64,000 nucleotides of DNA from Takakia lepidozioides (taxonomy: Eukaryota > Plantae > Bryophyta). Numbering within the stretch: position 1 is the stretch's first letter; every line of letters starts with the position of its first letter. Below are positions 37,870-50,934 of the stretch, piece by piece. The DNA lies in contig CM060732.1 of NCBI GenBank assembly GCA_030704615.1, positions 4,774,001 to 4,838,000 on the forward strand, read 5' to 3'. The translations under genes were made by a program, and so were the position numbers. The notes beneath the pieces are model-generated. The model did no database searches, was not told where the DNA came from, and saw nothing but the letters and a program-made list of their open reading frames with translations.

Positions 37870-38593
37870 GACAATTAATGGTAGAAAGCTCTCTGTAGAG
37901 AGAATGAAGAGAAATAGAGTAACATGACATCATTATGTTGCAGTTGTATAGTGCTTTCCCCAGCGAGACTGATTGATCATTTCGTTAGGGTTGATTATAG
38001 TTTTATTTTGTAACTGAGTCAGAAATTCCTATTATTCTACATAGCCCCACTCCTAATTGTGTAGCGCCCCCGCAAACACAAAGTCGTCTGCAACTAATTT
38101 CTATGCCTCTTTTCCCGTCTCCCTTCAGATTCATGCGATCGACGGTGGTCACGCTCATCATCCTCCTTCTGCAACTGCTTGAATGCCATGTAAGGATGGT
38201 ATCGTGAGGGCCCCCAATCATCATACACAGCAGGATCCGCACACTGAAGAAATCCTGTCAAACACATCAATTCCAACACCCTCATTTCCCTGGCCGGATG
38301 ATGCAATAACTTGGCCACCATCCTAAATTCATGTCCTCCCCTGTTAATATCAATAACCACATGATTGAAGTGACACCACTTTGCCAATACCCTGCAAAAG
38401 ATCGATGCCATAAAACACAAATGGTCATAATGAGTCGCATGGACTCCCTGGAATGATTTGTATGCTATTTCACAATTTTCTGCAATGTTGAACTCTCCAG
38501 TAATCAATAGCCAATTATAAGGTAATGATGTCAGATGTTCGTTCTCTCGCCATTGACCACGACGTGAACAAACATACACCCCAAATCTGCCTT

Positions 38594-41500
38594 CACTACA
38601 ACAAACGGAGGGGGGTTTGCGATGCCATCCGCGTCCCCACGCCCCGCGCGGCGCCGAGCATGCGACGCCAACCTCGCGACATCTTTTTGCGACGCCGGGC
38701 CGTCGCAAACAGACCCCGCGGGTCGCCACCTGGCTCCGGGGCCAGGCGGCGATGCCCGGCCGTCGCACGGGCGGATGAAGGGCAGAAGGCAGCCCTTTCT
38801 AGCGACGGCCGGCCATCGCTAGCATAAAAAGACAGCCCTTTCTTGCCCTTTCTTTCATCGCAGCCCTTTCTTGCGACGCCAGGCCGTCGCATAGTGGAAT
38901 GAATGGCAAAAAGCCTCGCGACGGCCGGACGTCGCAAACAGGGGCTGCCATATTCTTTCAAAACAAAAAAAAATAGGTCGCAGCTTGCGACGGCTTTCCG
39001 TCGCCGTTTGCGACCCCCGGCCTCATAAATCCAAAAAAAATGCATCGCAGTGCAACGCCTGGGGGTCGCAGGCAGCGACGACAGGACTTTCTAGGTTTAG
39101 GTTTAGGGTCTTTGGGGGTTCTTTGTTTTTTTTGTTTTTTTTTTCCATATGGTACTGGGGTACATGTACAATCAATCGAAGGGATAGGTACAGTTCGGTG
39201 CAAGAATTATTATGTAGCTTTGATTTCGTGTTTAATCAACTTGAACATCATCATCCGGAGCTTCTTCATCATCATCAAGCTGCAAGTCTTCTTGGTCATC
39301 GGAGTCATCATCATAAATGGTCCGGCCCTCAAAAGGCACCTCCGAATCATCCTCCACCTCGTTGTCAGTGGCCGTGTCTTCATCTCCTTCTCCAACATCC
39401 ATATCTTTTGGAGCTTCATCATATAGGGTCCGGGATGCATTCTCCGGGGCGTCATCATCCTCTTCTACCCGCTCTACCCAACCTTCATCATCAGCATCAT
39501 TATGACCAGTCTCTCCGTCCACCGCAATTGTCTCACCCCATGGAGATCCGAGACCATGATAGATACGTCTTCCTTTTGGCTGAGCATGCACAACCACCTT
39601 TCAATTCCCCCCTCTTGTTTTGTTATCGGAGAAGAAAACTTGCTCCATGTCCAAAGGCCGTGAAAAAAGCTCATCGGAGGGACGATGAGTAAGGTTGAGC
39701 CTATCTGCATTGACGCACATGAAACCACAATCATCTTGCACTAGTGTTGCGGAGGGCCCCACAAGATGTGGCTTGAACCACCTTCCCTTGAAGAGAAGAG
39801 GCCGGTACCTTGTATACTGAAGTTGGAGTATGCTCTCAAGCTCTCCAATGTACTCAAGTTTGCTCATAGCAGGTCGTGTATCTCCCTTGCCCCACACGGA
39901 GTCTTGCCAATATGTAGCACACAAGCCAGAATCAAAGGTTGTTTTGCGCTTCATGTCAAGAGCACAAATGCGGAAATGACGACCGTGAACCCAAACTGCC
40001 TTGTATGAGGTCGCGAATTGAGAGAGGCCCCTTGCAATGTCTTGCACCAAATCTGAAACCACCTCTCCTTGAGCAACGACGTCATAAACTGAAGTCCGAA
40101 GCCACTGTTGGAATGAACTTAGAGGCTGCAATTCCATGGGCAAATTTTGTGAAGGAACATTCCGGCGGCCCGCTCCTCGTCGTGGGCGTCTAGTAACAGG
40201 TCTTGGATGGTTCCGCCTCCATGCAAGCGTATCCTCCTCTCGTTGCTGAACAAGGTTATTGTATCTTGCCTCCCACTCATGTATGGATGGGGTGTTCTTC
40301 AGTATGAAGTCATGCGCTTGCTCAATCACCAAGGTCGGCAATTTTACCCTCTTCGATTTTTTGGGCAAAACGATGTCTTTGGTTCGTGCATCCTCCTCTT
40401 CCTTCCACATCCGAGGGGCTTCATCATCCACCCTTGCCATGTACTCCGTGCAATAGAACATAGCTTCTTGCAACGTATACCCATCCACCATGCTACCCTC
40501 CGGGTGCGTCATTTGTCTTACAAATCCTTTCGAAGTCTTCATATAACGCTCAAGGAAGTACATCCACCGAGAATGAACGGGGCCGGAAATCCTCTTCCAC
40601 TAAGTGTACTACCAAGTGCACTTGGATGTCAAAGAAGGAGGGAGGAAGGTGCATCTCCAACATACACATTACCTCCACCGCCTCCTTCTTCATGCGTGGA
40701 AAATCCGCTTCCTCCAACTCTTTGGAGCAAATCCACCGGAATAAGCCTCCTAATCTATAAATTGTCTCACGAACCACGGGAGTCAATGTCCCACATACTG
40801 TAATAGACAAGATGTCTTGCAATAGATTGTGGTAGTCATGAGACTTCAACCATGGACCCCGTCTTCTTCGCTGAACTTCGTACGGAGGGATGACCCATAA
40901 CCAGTTGGTGTTCGGACAACACTTATGGTGACTATCACTTTCTTGTATTCCTCCTTTGTCCATTGCCAAGGTGCGCGCCTATGCTTCCACCGTACAACAC
41001 CCTTTGGGTCCACACCATTTTGTTCGGCCCATAGATGGCGCATGCGACCCTGCTTCTTAAGCTCCTTTCTAACACCGAGATAATCTCCTTTTGTAGCCAC
41101 TCCCTTCTTTGTCGGCATGCCATGAAGAACCCGAAAAAGGAACGAACAGACATTCTTCTCAATATGCATGGGATCTAGATGATGGCGAATCTTCAGGTTC
41201 TACATATATCCCCACCCACAAATACTTACACAAATTTTTTGACGTGAAAATGACAATGCAACGCATACCAAATGTGCAATATCACATGCATGCATAGGGA
41301 TATTGATGGTGTTTTTGTGGAATATGTACCGCCCAATATGGCAACTCGTAGAAGATTGAAAGTCGTTTCATGTCGGGCACGTCCACTTCACCGTCCGTGC
41401 CCGCATGGGCTTCCTTCCATCGGTCCTCCCAAAACTGCCCGGATGGTATCATAGGGGGGGATGTACTTCCTCTTTGCCATCAAACAAGTGTTTCTCTCTT

Positions 41501-43690
41501 CTTCTCCATCGATGGCTCATAGGAAGAAACTTGCGGTAGTTGGGATACACCATCTTGTGAAGATGGCGGGAGCTATGTGCATCAAGATCATCACCACAAT
41601 GCAAGCATGCATGGTACCCTTTGGTGCTTAGCCCCGAGCAAACAGTTAGTCATGTACTACACATCCCGCCACATTAGCAAAGACAAAAAGTTGTCATGTG
41701 CATGCCCCAAAATGCCATCTACCCCACTACGGTGTACAAGACTGTCGCCGCTACTTCAATCAATCCCAATCCTCATCGATATTATCCGGCATTGACAAGT
41801 GAATGTACGCGGGTTGTTCATGGGGAACATAATATACCTGGATAATCATGCATTATCCAAATCAAGATGTCTTTCATCTGAAAAGATTGTCCGGCCGTAG
41901 GGTCAAGTGAAGCATCCAATGCCGGGACCCCCCTCCATAGCTCCTTAAGTTCATCAACAAGAGGTCGCAAGTATGTATCCATGTTTGCCACTTGTTTTTT
42001 CCCTATGAGACATTCACATCATTGTTTCAATGCTCCACCAATATGCAAATTATACTACAAAATGAATTACACGTCTTACTCCATGATTATGTCACTCATC
42101 AATCTTGCATCCGAATTGTGTCAGAGATCATAAGTTTAATGTAAAATGAGAACACTCACCTGGCACAATGGCAGCCAACATGATATGGCCTTTTTTAATT
42201 GAAAGATACGGAGGGATGTTGTAATTCACCATGGTCACCGGCCAAGTGGAATGATTACATGACTGGACAGAGAATGAGTTGACCCCATCCGAGGAGAAGC
42301 CAAGGTGGACATGTCGTGGGTCCTCCAAGAGAAAAGGCCACATCTCTTCAATATGCCTCCATGCTTATGAATCTTGTGGCCCGCACACATTTCCCGGGGG
42401 GCTCCGGTGCGAGGCGTGTCATCTCATGAGTCTGGCCAATTCGGGGCTTCGGTACTGTGCTCTCAATCACGGGATGATCGGAAAGTAATGCATTTTCTAG
42501 GATGAAATACCCCACGTCCCCCACATGTAATCATCCCATTAGCACACCTAATACAACACCCTTATGTCTTTCCTTTTATACAACCCCTCCCTCATTTGGG
42601 CGTGAATGGTCAAAACCAAACGTCGTTCCTTCCACTCCTCACTCACTCCTTCCAAAACCACAATCAGATCTTGCATGAGTACTACTATCTAAACCCTAAA
42701 CTTTGTGGAATACAGTTTATATGCATTGAGAAGATTAAATGAAGTAATTTCCATACGAGGAGGAATGGTGCTTATACCTTGCGCGGTACTTTTTTCCTTT
42801 GGACATCATCCCGATATCCGTCTTTCTTGTACTTTGGGCACTTAGTGAGACGCGAATCCTCTCCGTAGTATAAGGTTTTATCACATGGACATGCATGAAA
42901 AATCTTATAGCCCATCCCCACAGAGTCCAAGACTTCGCGCGCCTCTTTCCGCGATCGTGGCATCTTGGGTTTCAAGTGTGGAGCAAGGATATAGTCCGCA
43001 ATAGTTCGCATTATGGCAGACATCCCAACATTACTTATGCCAAATTGAATTTGAAGATTGAGCAAAAATAAGATTGTTGAAAGTCGACTCACTTTCGCCC
43101 CTTCGTACAAGGGAGTTCTCGCCTCCCTCTCCATGTCATTTGAGGGGGCCATTTCAGGATCATCGATTGGCCGGGTTCCCTCTCCATGGGATGCATCAAC
43201 GCCCACATGATGCTTGAAGAGATCCTCCATGGCTTGCACATCCTCCTGATTAATTCCATGCTCATTGTTGTTGTCATTGTCACTGTCACTGTCATCGTCA
43301 TCATCTTCCGGTACCGTGGGGGAGGCATTTCGCCCACTGCTCTCGCCTGATATACTTGGGTTGTTTTCGGATGGGGTGCCAAGAGAAAGGACCGGGAAGG
43401 GAGGGACAAAGTCCTGATACGAACAAATGAACATACGGACATATATTATAATGTGTCATTGCAACCATACAACTTATTATAAGCGAAATGCAAACAACAA
43501 CCTTCAATGTGTGCATGCATCAAATATGTCATTCAATAATGACATGTATGTGCGCTCACGCATGCAAAGTTTCAAACCCAAACAAAATCATTTGCCCCCC
43601 AAGGATGCGTTCACCCTATCAACCAATTTTTGTTTATTAATGTGAAAGAAAAGCCTCTCATGTCATTGCACTCATCAAACGGATGAACGC
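38594..43690 (-). mobile_element. CACTA/EnSpm DNA transposon with one TIR retained; other end truncated
   Basis: CACTACAACAAA at 38594 followed by palindromic GCGACG..CGTCGC subterminal repeats (38610-39085); transposase on the minus strand. Confidence 0.9.
39232..43434 (-). pseudogene. CACTA TnpD-type transposase (Transposase_21, DUF4218, DUF4216 regions), multi-exon and frameshifted
   Basis: RTPLYEGA, IFHACPCD..LY, YFPIIP, DGVNSF..STWPV..NYNIPP, MHIEKNV, LKSHDYH.LLQ, PPSFFDIQVHLVVHLVEE, MYFLERYMK..HPEGSM, DSGL..YIGELESIL. Confidence 0.92.
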
Positions 43691-45080
43691 AGGCTGTAGC
43701 ATGTCAAGCCAGGGGCAGTCGGGTTGAAATCGGGGCTGCAGGCAGCAGCCACCTCACAACGCACAAACCCCTAGGTCTCCTCAGCCCATATCCCAATCTG
43801 CATGCTTAAGAAATTTCAAAGTAGGTGAGGATCCTCACCTGGTCCCATCACAAGCCCCCACAAAAACCAACAAGTTAGTGAAGATTGTGGAACCCCAGAT
43901 GAATCACAGACCCTCACACTTGTCATCGACGTCAACTAAGAAACTCAAAAGCAAGAGAAAAAGATAAGAACATGAGAATCCCTAAACTCCAAAGGCACCT
44001 TAAGCGATTGGGGAAGAGGGTTATGCGCCATCACCACCCGCAGCAAGCCGCCTCCACAAAGCACATAAGCAATGAAGCAAAGCAGGCACAATCGCAAGGC
44101 ACTAGAAAGGAGGGAGAGAACTTCCTATCATAAGCATCCTAGCTAAGCACAGAAAAAACCAGAGGAGGGAAGATGCCACTTCATTCATAGCGGTAGCATG
44201 GTTACGACACCACAAACGGGGCAGCCACTGAAGCACGTCCGCCATAACACTCTCCTCGCGAGCTCAAAAGCACATCGCGTGCTTCTGACAGCGAGAGAGA
44301 TGGCATAGGGGTGTCCCCCCGATTATTCATCCGTGGATGAAAAACAATAAAACGCATCCGTGTACCCGGACAAATTTCATCCGCAACAAGGTTAAAAATA
44401 GGTTTTGGGGTAGGGGTAAGGGTTTCCACCGTACTTAATCATAATTAGGGGTAGTAAAGATCAATTCCAGGCCATAATCACATCATCCATAGAGAGATCA
44501 CTTGTGTCAGGATGAAAAAGTAGGGAATATCATCCATGGCAGCGTCTTCCCTCCATCTAGATAACTCTATCATTCTTCACCAGAACATCCGGTATGGATA
44601 AAAAAAGTCAATAAACGAGGAATGAAAAATTATCACCATGGTAATTTTTCATCCGGTATGGATGGAAAAACAGGATGCTGTTAGCAACCTCCATAGAGGT
44701 AATCCTTTTCTTCCATGGTGACTCATCTGGTATGGATGAGAGTCAATAAAGGAGGAATGAAAAGGCCAAAAGAACCATCCTAGAGGTAATTCAATGTCCA
44801 TCCTAGTGGCTCATCCAATATGGATGAAAAAACTTGACAGAGGATGAGAAAACAAAAAATCGACACCGATAGCAAACTGCCAATTCCCAGTAGAGAGGGA
44901 GACAGAGGGAGAGAGGGGGGCAACAAAGAAAAAGAAAAAAGGTGGGGGGGAAGGGGTGACTGCAGCTGCTCAGTCACTCCCCCCCATCTTTTAAAAAAAA
45001 AAAATTATTTCCTGATCTGACTCCCTCTCACTCCCTCTCTCTCTCCCCCTCTCCCTCTCCCTCCCTCTCTCTTCCTCTCT
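43690..45080. mobile_element. Second, inverted copy of the 595-2760 element family
   Basis: Reverse-complement homology to 2110-2760, TCATCC/GGATGA repeats at 44320-44830, and the gtgactgcagctgctcagtcac core at ~44956-44977. Confidence 0.75.
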
Positions 45081-45081
45081 T

Positions 45082-45836
45082 TTAAGCTCCCACCGAGATG
45101 AGTTTAAGGTCAGACGGTGGGGTCAGCTGCAGCATATGTCCAACACCAGATATCCTAAGTTAATCGACTCTATATCTTGGAAACAGGACCGCCCACCCCC
45201 TGTCAAAACATGCTAAGTCCCGGTAGAAGATAGTAGAAGAGATTCTCAAGGACCTGTACCTGGAACCGCAAGTCTTCACCCTGCTGGACAAATCTGACTT
45301 AGAGGATAAATCTGACTTAGAGGCTGTAGTGTCCAACCATGTCTGTTGCCATGAGATTGTCTGATGAGAATGGAGTTAGGCAAAAAACTTCCCTGAACTT
45401 GTTTCCAGTCTATGACATGGGGGAGGACATCTTGGATGACCTCAAGGGTCTACCCACTCTCGGCACTAGACTGAAATTTAAACTCAGGGCAGGAAGCATA
45501 CCTTTGATAAGCAAACAGAAGCAGAAAGGAAAGGGAGAGTGCAATTGCCCGTTGTGTGGGCAACCTGAAGACATTATTTATTTTCTGATGCATTGTCCGG
45601 GGTTCTCTCACCAAAGAGACGCTCTCTTCAAATCTATCAAGGGAATTGTGCCTATACTTCTGTTTACCAACTTTGAAAGTCTCGAGGCTGAGCCAAAAGC
45701 CCAGCCCCTTCTGAGGCCTAGTTTTTGGGCAAATCACACACAGCAAATCGATGCTTGTGTGAAGGGATTTCTAGAGGATATCTGGAAAACCCGGATTAAT
45801 TCTATATATGAAGGTAAGTCTTACTATCAACGATAA
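45082..45836 (+). mobile_element. 5'-truncated non-LTR retrotransposon 3' end (C-terminal CCHC-type finger)
   Basis: RWGQLQHMSNTRYPKLI..TRLKFKLRAGSIPL..CPLCGQPEDIIYFLMHCP..QR; starts right after a CT-rich tract. Confidence 0.8.
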
Positions 45837-45884
45837 CGTTCTAGGCCAAGGACACGATGGAGACTGAGAAACATCGAAAAGCTG

Positions 45885-46110
45885 CCAGAGTTCTCTGATA
45901 GCCCCAGAAACAGTATCTACTTGTATCTTTTAGCTCTACTTCAGCTGCTCCCAGACATATATGACCCTTAGACATGTATGACATGTATGGCCAATAGACA
46001 TCAAAACATACAACCTAGTCTGGTTGCCTATTATGGTGCCAGAGTTCTCTGATAGCCACAGAAAGTATCTACTTGCAAGATTTAGCTCTACTTTAGCAGC
46101 TCCCAGACAA
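45885..46110 (+). repeat. ~75-bp direct duplication
   Basis: gccagagttctctgatagcc..agtatctacttg..tttagctctactt..gctcccagaca at ~45885 and ~46038. Confidence 0.8.
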
Positions 46111-46964
46111 GTATGACCGAGCAACCGTGATTCGTGGATGGCCAGCAATGCTAATAGAATCAAGTTGTATATCTAGTAATATTACTATTTTACCACCACG
46201 GCTTTCTGAGATGCACCGCATGGGAGAGACACTCTCCCATCACCTTTTGCTCCCCTGAAGCAGAAACTCTAGCAGAACTGGAATGGCAGCCTGAGTTTGG
46301 TTTAAAGGAGCACCCACCAAACTCACAAAGATTACTAAGACTATCACCCTAACAAGTTATTTTGTATACATTTGTACAAAACCAAACATCTCATGCGGAC
46401 ATTCTCTCAAGAATGAATTGAGGTTGCAAGCGGAACATGTGTAAAGGTTCAACCAAGAGACCTATCCCTCTTTCCAGAAATTGGTGATAAAGCTTTTTCA
46501 AGGAAACTCCGTTAGTTCTTCCAGCTTTTGCCTGAAGGATGCCAATGCGCTTGTGAGGATAATAACAGCCAAACTATGCCATGACTCACTGCATCACACA
46601 TTCCAAACATGGATTAGTTTTAACATATAAAGCTCACTGGGTCCATATGCCCTGAAGTACACAAGGTCAAAGAAAGAATAGGAGGATGGGAGGAAATGGG
46701 GCCACTACCATTACAGAAGACTTGCTTTAACAGTAGGATTTAACCTCAAAAATGGAGTTGACTAGAGCAACTCTATGGTGACTATGATAACTCTCCAGAA
46801 TGGAACAGGATTGTCATTAGCTGTGTGAGTGCTCCAGCAATTTTGGTTGAATCTCACACACCCTGGTGGGACAGTTGACTATGAGTACATTCTCTCTCTC
46901 AGTCTGCTCGTACATCAACTATGTCTAACCAGGGTGAGTGAGATTCATCCAAAATTCATCAAAA

Positions 46965-47915
46965 GGAGCGAGAGCGAGAGAATGTACCCACAAGATGTTG
47001 CCTTGTGGCCATCGATCCTGTGCCCAGTTTGGGCAGAACAAGAGGGAACACACACTACCTTTGTGAGGGGCTCACTCCAATCTGCTTCATGTGAGCTGCC
47101 CAGCAATTAGACCGCAACAGGTCCAGGGCTTTAGGCTCAGCCTCGATTTTTTCACAGTTGGTGAACAGAGGTGTAGGAACAATGTTCCTGATGGACCTGA
47201 AGAGGGTCACCCACTGATGAGAATACCCCGGATAAACATGGATATTGTCTTCAGGCTGCCCGCACATCGGGCAATTACAATCTCCCGTTCCTCTCTGCAT
47301 CTGTTAATTGTTCAAAGGTAGACTCCCCGCCCTGAGTTTAAATTTCAGTCTAGAGCCGACAGTAGGTAGGCCCTTGAGATCATCCTTAAGGTCCTTGAGT
47401 GTACTCATAAGACTTTGTTTGCCGTAGCCTTGTGGCCATTGACCGCGCGCTCAGTTTGAGCAGAACACAAAGGGACAGAAACTACCTTTGTCAGGGGCTG
47501 ACAGTGGTAGTATGACTTACCTTGGAACAGACAATTGATCTGAGTTTCCCAGATATCCTCTAGAAATCCCTTTACACAACCATCAATCTGCTGTGTGTGG
47601 TTTGGCCAATAACTAGGCCCCAAAAGGGCCTGGGCTTTTGGCTCAGCTTCGAGACTTTCAAAGTTGGTAAACAAGGGTACAGGCACAATTCCCTTGATGA
47701 ATTTGAAGAGGACGTCTCTCTGGTGAGAGTACCCAGGACAATGAATCAGAAAGTGAATATTGTCTTCAGGTTGCCCACACAACGGGCATTTGCAATCCCC
47801 CTTTCCTCTCTGCTTCTGTTTGTTGTTCAAAGGTAGGCTTCCCCCCCTGAGTTTAAAGAGAGAGAGAGAGAGAGAGAGAAGTACTCCTAAGACGTTGTTT
47901 ACTGTAGCCTTGTGA
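46965..47915 (-). mobile_element. Head-to-tail stack of truncated copies of the same LINE 3' end
   Basis: Copies at ~47390-46985 and 47855-47401 (CPLCGQPEDNIHFLIHCPGY..R), plus a 34-nt tail-only piece at 47914-47881 set in (CT)n. Confidence 0.8.
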
Positions 47916-48147
47916 GAGAGAGAGAGATGCCAATCCTCACTGATGGAGTTTGGGTGCTTGTCTACATCTAATATGCAGCTCAGAGCAACAGCTTATCAGA
48001 GGTGTTCCTAAAGTCACCATTGAGTATCACAAAGTCCAGATTTGAGGTCTGGATAAACAACAACCCATTCTAAATCAGGAAAAAATGGTCGCCACTTGTG
48101 TAATCAAGGCTCTGTAAGATGCTGGGACACAAGAAATGCACACTGAC

Positions 48148-49977
48148 CTGGATTCAATGTACTGTTCATCTTCAGGGAAGTCAACTTCTTCATCCCAACT
48201 TGCAAAAGACGGCCGCCGGAAAAGTATGACAGGCAGATTCCGAACTTCTCGGCAACATATATCACAGCAACTATTGCCACGAATACCAAACCACTTGACT
48301 GCACACTCTTTGTGCGCCAAGGCAAGCTCTCCCTTGCAGCTACACTCCATCTTCAATGTCTCCCCTCCTTCATTAAGCTCCATCATACAAATCCGGCAAA
48401 TGGCTTCCTCCTCTAGGATTTCCTCGCTGTCAGCTCCTTCTAGAAGTTAATAAAACCAACAATACATATCATGTGCATGCAGCTCATAGTAACTTGGTCA
48501 GGTGGTTGTCATGGTGTTTTAAGAAATAGAGTTTTGTCAATGATTTTACCTACCAGTGGGCATTGATTAGCTTTTACTCCTTGTGCCTATTCTCCTCCTG
48601 TGGATATTATGAAGTTTCTTTCCTTTTAGGTTCTCATCCTTGGCCGCAGACCTTCAGCTCAGAAGTGCTTGGCCGTGTAGACCGAGAAAGGCGGAAGTAC
48701 GGCCATAAGGCACCTTGTCTCAAGGCAATCTTTGGAGTTTTTCCATCTGGTTGTCCTATATCCCATGGGCCCTCAGGGCCATGGAAGTTACGAAATTGTT
48801 TGTGCATATCTCTATTTTCTAGTTATTTTGGGAGGCAACCCCTGCAACGGTGCCAGAAGGGACAGTGTCCCTCGAGGACTATTTCCTGAAGAGTAGATCC
48901 TGGCCATTCTTTGCAGGAAACAACCATTGAGGACAACATACCTCTCTCTGACCACAACTTGCAGGTTGCGATAGCAGACCAACCACAAGACTGGGTTGAT
49001 AAGTTGATCTACTTCTTCGACCATTTACATTAGACTGGACAACACGGTATAACATAAGAGTACAGGTCTATTCTGAAGTCACCTGTAAGTGGTAAGGTGC
49101 TCAAATCATGTGAATTCAGGGAAGGAGAGTCAGCAGGTGGAGACATAGGTTTCAAAGGTTGGAGAACCAGGACGTCAGACCACATAGTCGCCTGGCAACA
49201 CATGCTTTGGTTCTTCTGTAAAAGTGGCAGAGACGCACACCGCAGCACCTACCCACCCACACAAAGACTTCCACATCATTGTCTTCCTCTTCCTCCCTCC
49301 TCCTCCTCACCCAATGCATTATCCTTGTTCCCAGTAGCTTGAGGATCAGCCCAATTTCCTGGTACTATCCCACACTTGCTCCTTTTAAGCAGACAAGATA
49401 CTCCAACAGGGTTAGCCAGCATAAGTGCAGAGACCATCCTTTCAGAGTCCATAATCTACAATTGAAGATACTGACAAAAGAAGCCAAAGACAAATGTACT
49501 TTCCCCTTACCAAGGTAGTCGCCTCAGGAACCCCCATACCTTAGGCAGCATGCTAACAGTGGCTGGTGGCATAGGAGCAGAATCTCCAGAAGGCTGTGGG
49601 ACTGTCAATTGAGAGTTTACCATTAACAAATTCTCAAAAGAAGGCACTGACTGCGTCTGTGTTGGCAGGAGGGGGATCAGCTCCATGGGATTCTCAACCA
49701 AAGGACTCTGTTGCTTGGAACAAATATTTGCAGAAAGAGTTGTATGAAAAATGGGTGGCTTTCCACCGATCATGCCATCTGCTTTTGTGGAGCTCAATGT
49801 TGAGAGCCGCGATCCAGTTGCACTGGATGAAGTCCGGGGGGTCGTTCCACTTAGACTTCGAGAGGGTCGTGGGGGAAGACTAGAATATCCCGAGGAAGAG
49901 GTGCTGCTGCTGTGTGTGGCACTGCAGCTGCTGGTGGGGACCTCTATCTCCACCGACCTCCACTCTCCCACCGCCAT
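48148..49977 (-). pseudogene. RING-CH (RINGv, C4HC3) E3 ligase gene; RING exon ~48440-48148; intactness doubtful
   Basis: EEEAICRIC..EGGETLKMECSCKGELALAHKECAVKWFGIRGNSCCDICCREVRNLPV. Ser-rich first exon from ATG 49977; the middle region has stops and no clear transmembrane exons were found. Confidence 0.7.
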
Positions 49978-50934
49978 GGATTTGTTTGTGTGCTCTTGAC
50001 CCAGTGACTGTGCAGTCTGGTAATCAACCCAGATGCAGTAGTCAACCCTGAGTAATGTTGAATTTGCAGTCACTGGTCTTTGAGGCTAGCAAAGACAAGA
50101 CGGTCGACAAACTGGAAGAGCCATGCGAGAGGGGGAACTGACGGAGAAGACAGAAAACATCCCCAAATGCTCCTAGCGAAGAGCACTTAAGTCTAGCACT
50201 TTAAAATCTGGGACCAGAAGGATAGGGCATTTACATCGACGTAGGGTAAATCAGTCTTTGTGAGGCCAATGCAAGGACCCTAAAAAGCTGTCCATGGAGG
50301 GAGAAGCTTTCACATGTTGGCCGTGACCACGAGTCGATAGGGCCCATAGAGCCACAGTCAGCTATTGGATACGTCACAAGATTTTCAGTGCAGCCTGAAG
50401 CAACTGCCACAAAACCTAATGCATCCAAGATCCACAAGGCCCTTCGAAAATGATTTTGTGACCTTGTCGCTCCTGTGCTTTCCTAGTGTATGCTGGAAGA
50501 AACGTACAACATGCTTCACACCTGAAACGACTGGCCTCAAGCACTCGATCCAACGAGGAAGGAGACTGACGTACTCAAAGAACAAGACAGCAAGGAGCAG
50601 ACATGGTATCGGCTCCCCCACTTATCACTGCCGCTCCTTGAGCTGCAACACAGATTCTGAGGCAGCTTCCAAGATCCTTACACGCTCCTCCTTACTTGCA
50701 ATTGTGGATCCTTCTGCAAAGCGATGCGCCTCCCTATCCGTGAAACGAGTGAGTAAAAGAGGAGAGGTGGGTTGCTTTCTCACGAGGCTGAGTAAGTGAG
50801 AGCGTTATCAAGAGCACACCACACACAGCCCAGAAACCTCCAAGCAATCCTTCTCACTTCCTTGACACTTTGACCAGGCAACTACTACTAGAAGACGAGA
50901 GGCATTACTCCTTGGTCCTGCTTTATACGGACTA

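Noticed and set aside
38094-38768. 224-aa ORF as methyltransferase cargo of the CACTA element
   Set aside because: The ORF is a chimera across the TIR at 38594; the protein-like part lies outside the element and the motif similarity is weak.
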